A stretch of DNA of 64,000 nt from Eledone cirrhosa. Its lineage: Eukaryota. The notes beneath the pieces were generated by a model. The model worked only from the letters and a program-made list of their open reading frames with translations, had not been told where the DNA came from and did no database searches. The position numbers and the translations under genes were made by a program. How positions within the stretch are numbered: position 1 is the first letter of the stretch; the number at the start of each line of letters is the position of its first letter. Shown one piece after another: positions 23,816 to 33,945 of this stretch. The stretch lies in assembly GCA_964016885.1 (NCBI GenBank), contig OZ024741.1:330212001-330276000 (forward strand), read 5' to 3'.

Positions 23816-24283
23816 ATAGCAGAAAAACCACCCCTCGGGTGGTTTTCTGCTGGTATGTGTAGTGTGTATATTGATATTATACGCAGGTATATATACATGT
23901 AGATATGGTACATCAAATAAAATCATAATTGACAATATATAATACATAGAAATTGAACGAAGACTGCGTTATACTGTCTTATTTAATCAGTAACATAATC
24001 CATGATACATTAAAAAGACGATATTATATATAAACTGCATTAGGAGAAAATTAGTATGTTTATTTATGCGAGGGCCAACCGGAAGTGTTGACATTTCAGA
24101 AATTTTAAAGAAGTGAATCTTTAAATAAACAAAATATTTAATCAATAGCCACAAAATTTAGTAAATAAATTATGTAATATTCATTCATTATTTATTCAAA
24201 GTAATCCAACTTATTTTACAAACGGGATAAAAACAAAATAAACTGTACGCAATCCCGCAGACCTTCCTTTATTATAGTTTAGA
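23816..24283 (-). mobile_element. 468-bp non-autonomous Helitron in SNRPG intron 3
   Basis: Minus strand starts TC and ends with a hairpin plus CTAT; inserted between A and T with no TSD; empty site ACAAATA/TGGTGAC in both duplicates. Confidence 0.85.
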
Positions 24284-24790
24284 TGGTGACAAAAGGGTTA
24301 AATCTACTTCAGCACATGCCTGCTAGTTATTCTGTCTTCATTACTAGAAGTTGACCAGGTGTTAGAGAGGAGAAATACAAATAACGTTGATATAGTTTCC
24401 CTTATTTTATGATACTTATTGAGCTAGAATTTTGTTGAGTAACAATTTCTAATTTATAAATGTATATTTTGGAGGTGGTTGTGATGATAATATCAATAAT
24501 ATAAGAGGCTATCACCACATTTTGTGGCCATTTGAATATGGTCAGGTCAGTTTGAATATATAATTTGAAAGAAATGTAACAAGTTTTTTAAAATCAATAG
24601 TAAAATTTTGAAGATGTCCATAGAATAATAGGTGTGTATTTTAATTTTCTGACCTTGCTTAAGGATTGGACTCTGTTGCTCCAACTATTAGTAAATACAT
24701 TTACCATAAGACTTTTGGGTGTTTTATTTCTTTGTTCTGTCAGAGGTATGATGCTAAATCATTTCACTTTTCTATTTCTTTCTTTCACAG

Positions 24791-24844
24791 GCAGTCCGAG
24801 GAAACAGCATAGTTCTACTTGAGGCATTAGACCGAGTTTCCTGA
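24791..24844 (+). CDS. SNRPG: SmG coding exon 4 (last)
   Basis: ttcacag/GCAGTCCGAGGAAACAGC...TGA = AVRGNSIVLLEALDRVS* (Sm2 RG motif); AATAAA near 24959. Confidence 0.95.
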   Translation, partial: AVRGNSIVLLEALDRVS

Positions 24845-25609
24845 AGTTACCTTCATCATTCTTTGTGTGTATGAAGTCTATTTTTATAAATGTTGTGTGT
24901 AAATGTACACTGTGAGGTATGAATGTAGATTAAACTTTTTCTTTTACAATTTGGCTAAAATAAATAATCTTTTATCACAAAATCTTGGTGTTTTGGTGGA
25001 TTTCTTTACTAGCCAAACAATGTTAACTTTTAATATCCTGTGTTTTATCTGAAAATATCTAAAAATTAAGAGCTAGATGGCAGCCAAATACAGGATGCCA
25101 AGACAATCTGACCCGAACCTCTGCCCCATGTGGCTTGGTTTGGACAGAGATAGGAAACAATGGAGGCCAATCAGAGAGGGGTTCTTCCAAAAGGAGTGAG
25201 AAGAGCCTTGATTTGGATTTGGTTCTAAAAGTTGCTTTGTTAATCTTTTTGTGACTATATTTCTAATGAAATACATTTTATTTCAATTTACTTATTATTT
25301 CATATGAAATTATGCTGGAAGATTTTAATTTAGCTGCTAATGAGAGATTGTATCTCCGATATTACGGATGTGTGGTTAGTATGTCTCTGGAAAGAATCCC
25401 TGGACAGATTTTACAGTTAAAACCAACTAACGGGGGATCTCAGGGTAGATCTTGAGCAAGATTGTTGGATAATATCCATGGGCTTGGCTGGTCTTGCTTG
25501 GGAATCCAGCCAGATCAATTGGAGATGGTTGCTTCTAACAGGACCCAACAATCTATCTAATTTAAGACAGTGAGAGTTGTCAATAGTTGATGACTCCCAG
25601 GAATAAGTG

Positions 25610-26270
25610 AACAATCCAACGATTATCAACAGTAAATTCTTGTCCTTTAAGTTGGATTGTATCGGTGTGACCACCATGCTGTCTATCCCTTCTATACTCC
25701 GGAAAGGAATTTTCGACAACAAATGTGGTTTGTCTGAATGCTTTGGGATAACTTTCTGAGCAATGGCGTTGTTGTCCTAACCCTTCCATACATGAGCACA
25801 TCATATTAGCTTGTCCACATGGGCCATGAATGTTGCAGGATGTGATGATCTTATGCAGAATTGGATTAGTCTCTTTATCAGGAATTTCACAGTACACTAC
25901 CTGATCAATGGCATCAGCAGTTTTGGGCCTGCTATCTTCAGCAGAATATGAGCAAGAGTGACGCCTCGTTTTCTGCCACTCTATTGTAGCAGAATGAGCC
26001 ACAACTTTTCCTAGGACATTTTTTTCGGTATGTCATCCATGAGGCTGTCATACTTGATCTTGAAGACTCTTGCACAAATATCAGGACGGTCTCTAGGTTC
26101 TTCACCAGGGAGCAAACTATTTTTTATTTCATCCCAGTTAGGGTTAGTTGTTACCGTGATGAAATAAGATGGCTTTCCCATGTGTCAAACCACAGTCATC
26201 AAATTCTGAAAGCACTCACTGTAGAAGCGAGGGGAACCATAGATTGAAAGAGGAAGACCAATTCTCCGGC
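25610..26270 (-). mobile_element. Helitron Rep (HUH endonuclease) pseudogene fragment
   Basis: GSPRFY...GKPSYFITVTTNPNW...RPDICARVF, IEWQK, IHGPCG, FPEYRR, DNRWIV motifs, with stop and frameshift. Confidence 0.88.
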
Positions 26271-26820
26271 CTGCACTTGTTTCAGATGTTAGACTGTACC
26301 CATGCTGGGGTACCATGATTAAAGGATTTTCTTGACCTCAATTCCAATACATATATTTTAAGATCTAGTACTTATTTTATTGATATCTTCTATTCTCTTT
26401 GAAACGTGTGTGTGTGTGTCTGTTCATATGTATGCTGGTACCCTATTGCTTGCGACAAGGATTCTTCCAGCTAGGTTTCTCAAATGGAACTGCTTGAAAT
26501 TAAGGTGAGAGTGTCTGAGCATTCCATAGATATGTATAACGGAGGATTTCAGGGTGGGACTACATTGGTTCTTCGACTTACTGGCAGAATACACTTTTTT
26601 TTACTTCAGTGGAGAGAAGAAAGGCGAAATAAAGTATCTTGCTCAAGAACACAACGCACTGATGGGATTCAAACTCTCAACATTACAATCACGAGACACA
26701 CACATGGGCATCAACGCACACATACACAGATACAATAACATACATATGCACACACAAACACGTATACATATATATACACATATAAATGCACCACACACAC
26801 ACACACACACACACACATAT

Positions 26821-29705
26821 CATCATCATCATCATCATCAACGTTTAACGTCCGTGTTCCACGCTTGCATGGGTTTGGACGGGGGTAGTCCCACTTGAGG
26901 CAAGAGTGATTGTCTTGCTCGCATAGGACTGTCTGGCAGGTTTTCTACAGTTGGATGCCCTTCCTAACACCAACCACATTTACAGTGTGGGTCTGGGAGG
27001 TTTTTACCGTGTTGCCGACACGGCCACATTACAGCGTGGACTGTGTGTTTTTTTGTCGTGACACCTACACGATCTCATTTGTTTCGGCCCGGATGGCGCG
27101 GCACCAACATAACTTTACATAGGACGGGGTGGTGTGGATGGGGTGGGGGTGGTGGTGGTGGGACGGGGTGTATTTTGTTAGAGATGCCTACTGGCAAGGC
27201 GGGTCTTCTCTGTTACTGAGTACCGCCAAAGGTCTCGGTCCAGTGACATTGTCTTGGAGAGGTGTAAGTGTGTGAGGTCGGAGTTTATCAGCTCGTCCCA
27301 GGTTTTTCTAGGTCTGCCTATTCCGTGGCTACCGTCTATCTTTATTGCCCTGCACTTTGTTATACAGCTATCGACTTTCATGCGCATCACGTGTCCATAC
27401 CAACGTAGCCTTCTCTCGAGTAAACAACATCTGATCCCTCTTATCTCTAATTTTTTCCTTAGTTCGTTTATGCTTTGCCGTTCACGTATATTACTGTTAC
27501 ACATCCAGCGGAGCATGCAAGCTTCGTTCCTCTCTAGTCTGCGTATATCCTCTGCACACAATGCCCAGGTCTCACTGCCATGCAACATTGCTGTTCGTAT
27601 GCAGGCATCGTACAACCTGCCTTTCATTTTTAGGGAGAACCCTTTAGCAGCTAATAGTGGTATAAGCTCTCTGAACTTTTTCCAACCAGTTCTGACTCTA
27701 GCTACAGTACTTTCAGAGCACCCTCCCCCACTGCTGATTTTATCGCCCAGGTAACGGAAGCTGTCCACTATTTCTATAGAACCCTCTGCGCAATTGAAAG
27801 AGCTAGTATTGTGTGGGCACTTGCTGCTACTTATTGCACCAGAACACCGGCCACATGTAAAATCTATGTTCTTAGTTAGCTTACCTGTGATCCCACTACA
27901 TCTTTTATGCACCCATACTTTGCATTTAGGACACAAAATGGAGTTTCTACCTACGCCTTTCCTACACACCGAGCACGACCATTTCCCAGAAGGGACCGCC
28001 GCCTTGTTTTCTTTCCTACAAACTAGAACTTTGGTCTTAGCCAGGTTAATTTTAAGTCCTTTTGACTCTAGGCCGTGCTTCCATGTTTGGAATTTCTTCT
28101 CTAGCTCGGCCATTGATTCCGCTATGAGTGTCAGGTCGTCTGCGTATAGGAGTTCCCATGGGCAGCCTGTCTTGAACTCCTCTGTTATAGCCTGAAGGGC
28201 AATAATAAATAGTAGGGGGCTGAGAACAGAGCCCTGATGGACGCCAACTTTTACGCTAAACTCTTCACTATATTCGTTGTTAATTCTAACCTTGCTGACT
28301 GTTTCTTTATACATGGCTTGTATAGCCCTCACAAGCCATTCGTCAACGCCTAGTTTTCTAAGAGCCCACCAGATAATGGAGCGGGGGACTCTGTCGAAGG
28401 CTTTCTCCAAGTCGACAAAAGCTAAGTAGAGGGGTTTACCTTTAGCTAGGTACTTCTCCTGTAGTTGTCGTACTATGAAAAGAGCGTCTGTGGTACTTTT
28501 GCCTGACACAAACCCGAACTGCATTTCATCTAGGTCAATTCTCTCTCTGATTAGTTGCGCTATTACTTTTTCTGTGACCTTCATGACCTGGTCGATTAAT
28601 TTAATGCCTCTATAGTTACTCCTATCTAGGGCGTCTCCTTTACCCTTATAACAGTTAACGATGATGCTGCTATGCCAGTCCTTCGGAACAACCCCATTCT
28701 GTACGACTTGGTTAACTATGCGGGTGACCATGGTGTGTCCCACCGTGCCAGATGCCTTCAGCATCTCAGCAACTATTTCCGAAGGCCCAGCCGCCTTACC
28801 TGTCTTCATATCCTTGATTGCCTTACTTATTATACTCCCCTCGACTAACACTGCTGGTCCCTCTATTGGGTCGACATGGGGGAGACTGTCTTTCTCCCAT
28901 TTATTCTCCTCATTTAGTAGCCTTTCATAGTGACACTTCCAAGCTGCCTTCTTATCAGTGTCGGTGATGGCAAGTATGCCATCATCGTTAAGTACACACT
29001 TCTCCCCGACAATATCACGATTTTCCTTGACGCATTGCCTAGCAATCCTGAACACCTCACGTTTTTGGTCATCGCGTTGTAGGACATGCTTGAACTTTCT
29101 TTCCTCAGCTTCCCTTCTTGCTAAGTACACTTCTCTCCTAGCTTCCCTCCTGGCCACTTGATAGTCTACTCTACTTCCCCCATCCCGCCATACTTTCCAA
29201 GCCTGCTTTTTGGCCTTAATTGACTCCTCCACCTTACTGTTCCACCACCATGTTACTCTCCTCCTGCCTACAGGCCTGCTCCAGCCACAGACTTCGTCTG
29301 TGGCCAACAGCAGGTTTGCTTTCAGAAATTCCCACTGTCCCTCTATATTGTCCGACTCTAAGTGTTCTTCCTTACTGTCGAAAGCATCAAGTAATATGTT
29401 TTGAAATTTATTTTTGGCTGTGGGGTCCTTTAGCTTCCATATTTTTCTCCTGAGGATAGTCCTCTTCTGCTGTCGAGTACGTCTCGACCTGACTATGAGG
29501 TCGCTAATTATCAGTCTATGTTGGGAGGTGCATTCTTCATGGGGGAGGGATTTAGTGTTTACAACAGACACTCTGTCACGTCTTCTGGTAAGGATATAAT
29601 CTACCTGGCTTGTGTGTTCCCCGGATCTATAGGTGATCAGGTGATTGTCACGTTTTTTGAAGTTAGTGTTACAGATAGTTAGGTTATTTGCATCACAGAA
29701 TTCCG
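26821..29705 (-). mobile_element. young RTE/RTEX-like LINE, 5'-truncated, with 3'UTR and (GAT)n tail
   Basis: Uninterrupted ORF followed by a ~350-nt 3'UTR ending in GATGATGAT at 26821. Confidence 0.93.
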
Positions 29706-29724
29706 TGAGTATGTATTTATGCAA
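27178..29724 (-). CDS. LINE ORF2: partial AP endonuclease, reverse transcriptase and embedded PHD (C4HC3) finger, 848 aa
   Basis: SQVDYIL and SQHRLI (APE C-terminus), YRGIKL, FVDLEKAFDRV, GVHQGSVLSP, LLYADD, CSVC..CPKC..HKRC..CGRC; the ATG probably comes from flanking DNA. Confidence 0.9.
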   Translation of the reverse strand: MHKYILTEFCDANNLTICNTNFKKRDNHLITYRSGEHTSQVDYILTRRRDRVSVVNTKSLPHEECTSQHRLIISDLIVRSRRTRQQKRTILRRKIWKLKDPTAKNKFQNILLDAFDSKEEHLESDNIEGQWEFLKANLLLATDEVCGWSRPVGRRRVTWWWNSKVEESIKAKKQAWKVWRDGGSRVDYQVARREARREVYLARREAEERKFKHVLQRDDQKREVFRIARQCVKENRDIVGEKCVLNDDGILAITDTDKKAAWKCHYERLLNEENKWEKDSLPHVDPIEGPAVLVEGSIISKAIKDMKTGKAAGPSEIVAEMLKASGTVGHTMVTRIVNQVVQNGVVPKDWHSSIIVNCYKGKGDALDRSNYRGIKLIDQVMKVTEKVIAQLIRERIDLDEMQFGFVSGKSTTDALFIVRQLQEKYLAKGKPLYLAFVDLEKAFDRVPRSIIWWALRKLGVDEWLVRAIQAMYKETVSKVRINNEYSEEFSVKVGVHQGSVLSPLLFIIALQAITEEFKTGCPWELLYADDLTLIAESMAELEKKFQTWKHGLESKGLKINLAKTKVLVCRKENKAAVPSGKWSCSVCRKGVGRNSILCPKCKVWVHKRCSGITGKLTKNIDFTCGRCSGAISSSKCPHNTSSFNCAEGSIEIVDSFRYLGDKISSGGGCSESTVARVRTGWKKFRELIPLLAAKGFSLKMKGRLYDACIRTAMLHGSETWALCAEDIRRLERNEACMLRWMCNSNIRERQSINELRKKLEIRGIRCCLLERRLRWYGHVMRMKVDSCITKCRAIKIDGSHGIGRPRKTWDELINSDLTHLHLSKTMSLDRDLWRYSVTEKTRLASRHL

Positions 29725-30049
29725 TGGTAAAAAGAATATACACCTGTGGATTGGTACTGTAGTAAATTATCCTTTCCTTATTTCCACATCTTCACATACA
29801 TACACACAACCACAAAAACAGATAACCACACTATCGTCTATCTTTCTATCTACATAACAATCTATGGACCTTTTTATCTACCTCTCACACACATATCTAT
29901 TCTAGAGAGTGTGTCCGTTGGATGTATTGCATTTCAAGAATTACGAAGAATTTGCAAGTTACTTTATCCGGGGAGGATTAATAATAGCTTCACTAACCTT
30001 GGAAGGCGATTTGTGTGTGGTATGTATGTGTGTCTATAATATATATATA

Positions 30050-30265
30050 TTCGCGCATGCGCAGTACGGACCGGCTTTCGCACATGCGCAGTACGGACCG
30101 GCCTTCGCACATGCGCAGTACGGACCAGCCTTCGCACACGTGCAGTATGGACCAGCCTTCACGCATGCGCAGTACGGACCGGCCTTTGCACATGCCCAGT
30201 ACTGACCGGCCTTCGCGCATGTGTACTTCGGACCAGCCTTTGCGCATGTGCACTCTGGACCAGAC
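30050..30265. repeat. 27-bp GC-rich minisatellite, 8 copies, between ~135-bp direct repeats
   Basis: Unit TTCGCACATGCGCAGTACGGACCGGCC; flanks at about 29908-30035 and 30302-30438 are paralogous. Confidence 0.92.
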
Positions 30266-30426
30266 TTTGCCTATATATATGTCTGTATGAATAGATATAG
30301 TTGTGTGTGTCTGTTAGATGTATTATTGCATTTCATGAATTACGAAGAATTTGAAAGTTACTTCACTCGGGGAGGATTAATAATAACTTTACTAACTTCA
30401 GAAGACGATTTGTGTGTGGTGTGGTA

Positions 30427-30449
<23 letters not shown>

Positions 30450-30469
<20 letters not shown>

Positions 30470-31768
30470 GATCGAGTATCGAAAAATCGGCGCACGAGTT
30501 CACGAAAAACGAAATTCGATATGAGCGGCAGAGGGCTCAATAATTCAGATGAATCAGAGCTATAACTATCGTTAAAATACCGTCACATATAGAACAAGTC
30601 TACAATCAACCATACGATTTAAAATCGATAAAGGAAGATTCGGGCCAAACAGATAAAAAATATCAATAAAACAATACGTCAATAATTTAAATGAATGTAA
30701 AATCATATATATATATATGTGAGTCCTCATCTGATATAATTTATATGCTATTACATTTATATATATATTTAATCAATGGGCGTACAACAGTGCTTAATCT
30801 AAATATGATAAAGTAAGAAGCGCGGGACTGCGTACGGTTTATAATTTTTTATCCCCTTAGTAAAATAAGTTGGATTACTTTGAATAAATAATGAATGAAT
30901 ATTACATAATTTATCTACTAAATTTCGTGGCTGTTCATTAAATATATTTTATTACTTATTTAAAGATTCACTTGCTTTATTATAGTTTAGACTAGCAGAA
31001 TGGCCTGGCGTTGCTCGGGATTTGCTCTAGGGTTCTTATATATTTGGTATATATTTATCCTTATTGAGCCTCGTGAAATAAATACGTTTGTTTATATTTT
31101 GTTATTGTGTATGCAAAAATATCTGTACACGAATATATAATTATATATATATATAACAGTACAGAGAAGTACAGAATACCTTGGGACGGGATGGTGTCTA
31201 CATTTTGTGCTTATAAAAAAAATTTGTCGTAGATTACCAGGGTTTTTTTCCATGCGAAGAAAATCAATACTTTATCGCGAAATAAATACTTTTGTTTATA
31301 TTTTGTTATTGTGTATGCAAAAATATCTGTACACGAATATATAATTATATATATATATATATATTAAAATAACAGATTAAAGTTTAAGCAAAGAAACGCT
31401 GCTTTCACCCTTAACGGGATCTTCTGAAACTAAAAAAATAAATCTGTGAACGCAGAAGTATTTCAAAAAACGTTACACACACTATATATATACATATATT
31501 CACACACACACTTATCGCATCATAATAACGTAATGCAGACATATAGACAGATATTATAAGGACGCAAGGGTATATCTATGTATCTATCTAAAAAGAAAGA
31601 CTAAGAGAGAGAGAGAGATCGCCTAATGCGGAAAATTCGAAAAAAATTTTCTCAAAACACTCACAAGACCATAAATATTACATGTGTAAAGTTTGAAAAC
31701 AATCGGTTGGGTGGTTCTCGAGTTTTAGTGAGCCGACAGACAGACATTCTTTGTTTTAGATATATAGA
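30450..31768 (-). mobile_element. two abutting non-autonomous Helitrons
   Basis: 31768-30992 reads A/TC...CCCGAGCAACGCCAGG...CTAG on the minus strand and runs directly into TCTAAACTATAATAAAG at 30991, the same 5' end as the 24283 element. Confidence 0.7.
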
Positions 31769-31840
31769 TAATATTACAAATAAAAAAAGAGAAGGAAAAG
31801 GAAAACAGAAATGAAAAAGAGCAAAGATAAAACAGAAGCG

Positions 31841-32128
31841 GGACCACATAAGCAGGTAAAACACACATCTAGGATCACACAACACACAAGCAGGTAATAT
31901 ACACATCTAGGAGCACATACAACACAATCAGGTAATACATGCATCTAGGACCACATACAACACATAAGGCGGTAGCACACACACATCTAGGACTAAATAC
32001 AACGCACAAGCAGGTAATACATACATCTGGGACCACATGCAACATATAAGCAGGTAGCACACACATCGGGGACCACATACAACACAGAGGCCGGTAATAT
32101 ATACATCTAGGCCCACATACAACACACA
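31841..32128. repeat. ~40-bp minisatellite, about 7.5 diverged copies
   Basis: Consensus GGACCACATACAACACATAAGCAGGTAATACACACATCTA. Confidence 0.9.
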
Positions 32129-32129
32129 T

Positions 32130-32480
32130 TGTATCGTGCTACGGACGGTGCAAGAGAAATGGTCGGCCAACATAAAGGTTTCGTCACTCTTCTGAAGAGA
32201 AAATCCAGCTGTATTTGCTGTTTATTGTGTCATTCATCAACAACACTTTTTGGATGCAAGAAGAAATTCAGCATCGATTTCCACTCCTACATGCAGAGAC
32301 TAAGAGATTTGTTTTGCCTTTTCCAAGCTCGTACTTAGTTGAGAGGGGGTTTGGTGCTGTTTCCAAACTGCACAGTAAGGCTTGCAACCGCTACAATGTA
32401 TTTACACGTGGAGATCTCCGGCTACATCTTACAAAAATCCAGTCTGATGTCAAAGAGTTAGCAAAACTCCTTTAGGGTCC
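32130..32480 (+). mobile_element. hAT (Buster/Charlie-like) transposase relic, internally deleted
   Basis: ATDGAREMVGQHKGF and C-terminal dimerisation-like LPFPSSYLVERGFGAV...RGDLRLHLTKIQ. Confidence 0.8.
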
Positions 32481-33120
32481 CATTGGAATGAGGCCAAAGT
32501 TAAAGTAAGTCGATTTATCCGAAAACTTGGATATGCTATTGTTACGAAGCAAACTAACAATTGTTTTATTTGTAGTTGCAGTCTGACTGGACAGGAAACC
32601 ATCTACCACAATTAACTTACTCATTTGTTGTATATATTTTACCATTTACTAATGAATATACCCTCTTACGTGGTCATGAAAACCCTCTTCCGTGGTCTCT
32701 AAGCTCACAAAGCGGAGGTGGCATCAAGTTAGATATCAACATTCTGTCTGATTCATTAAAGGGAAAATTGGAAAGCTTTGAAATGAATAATTGTCACTTT
32801 CTTCCAGATAAGAGCACTCTTTGGATAGACAGTGTTGTTCTTGTATAAATGTTGAAAATAGCTGGTATAGCCTGGTGGGAATATAACAAATTCAACTGGT
32901 CCTTATTCATAAAAAAGAATATTTATGTTCCTTTTTTTAAAATTTATATACATCCTTTCAAGGAATGTATTTATACTCTCAACTGCCTGCAATGGTATCT
33001 TTGGAATATTGTTAATCAATATTTTAGTAATCTACTGATATCAAAATCAGTAGTATATTGAAAAATGGAAAAATAGGGGGAGAAGGGGGGGGGGGGGCCT
33101 AAATGGATTGAAAACCTGTA

Positions 33121-33945
33121 TTCTAGACGAAATTCTATAAAAGTTTTGCAACTGCCCTTTATGCTCTTTCTCCACTCAGCCCTATTTAGAGCTATCTCCT
33201 CCCAGTTGTCTATAGCAAATGCCAGCTCCTTAAGATTGTTCTTGATGCTGTCCCTGAATCTCATTTCGGTTTGTGTTGAGGTCTTTTTCCAAGATGGAGC
33301 TCACTGTAAAAGAGTTGCTTCGGGATCCTGCTTTCTTTCATGTGGACGATATGTCCTGTCCAGCACATTTGAGATGTTACTTGCGACTCAACACTTGGAC
33401 ATTCTGCTTTGTTAAGAACATGTATGTCTTGCCATTTGATGTTGAATATGTGCCTTAAACATTTCTGCTGAAAAGGACCATGCAATTTGGTGTGTTTGCA
33501 GAATAGCGTCTAGGTTTCGACGGAGTATAAAAGAGCAGACAGAACACATGATCTATACGCACACGCCTTGGTACTGTTGGTAACGTTGCGATTTGCCCAA
33601 ACTCTCTTTTCCAATTTTCTGGATGCGCAGATGTATTTCAGCATCTAAGGAGCCATCATTTGAGAGTGTGCTACACAAGTAGAAAATATATTTACTACTC
33701 CCAGCCTGGTTCCATCAACCATGATATTGGGTTCAGTATATGGTTCTCCAGGAGCAGGAGTAAACATTACATTGGTCTTTTTAAGGCTGATTGTAAGCCC
33801 AAATGCTGTACACGAGGATGAGAAATGGTCCATAATGTGTTGCATGTCAGCTTCTGTGTGTGCTAGAAAATCAGCGTCGTCGGTGTAAAGAAGGTCTCTG
33901 ATCAGAACTTGAAAAGTTTTTGTCTTGGCATTAAACCTTCTTAAG
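33121..33945 (-). mobile_element. degraded RTE LINE at the duplication boundary (paralog about 49640-50613 retains more 3' end)
   Basis: LLYTDDADF, FGLTISLKKT, QKCLRHIFNIKWQD, RIPKQLFYSEL, RFRDSIKNNLK. Confidence 0.85.

Noticed and set aside
30050-30265. CRISPR-like array or AHAQYGPAF repeat protein
   Set aside because: Units are contiguous with no unique spacers, the context is eukaryotic with no cas genes, and the ORF arises only because the 27-bp unit lacks stops.
31841-32128. CRISPR-like array or Cys-rich ORFs
   Set aside because: Plain diverged minisatellite; the ORFs are low-complexity artefacts.
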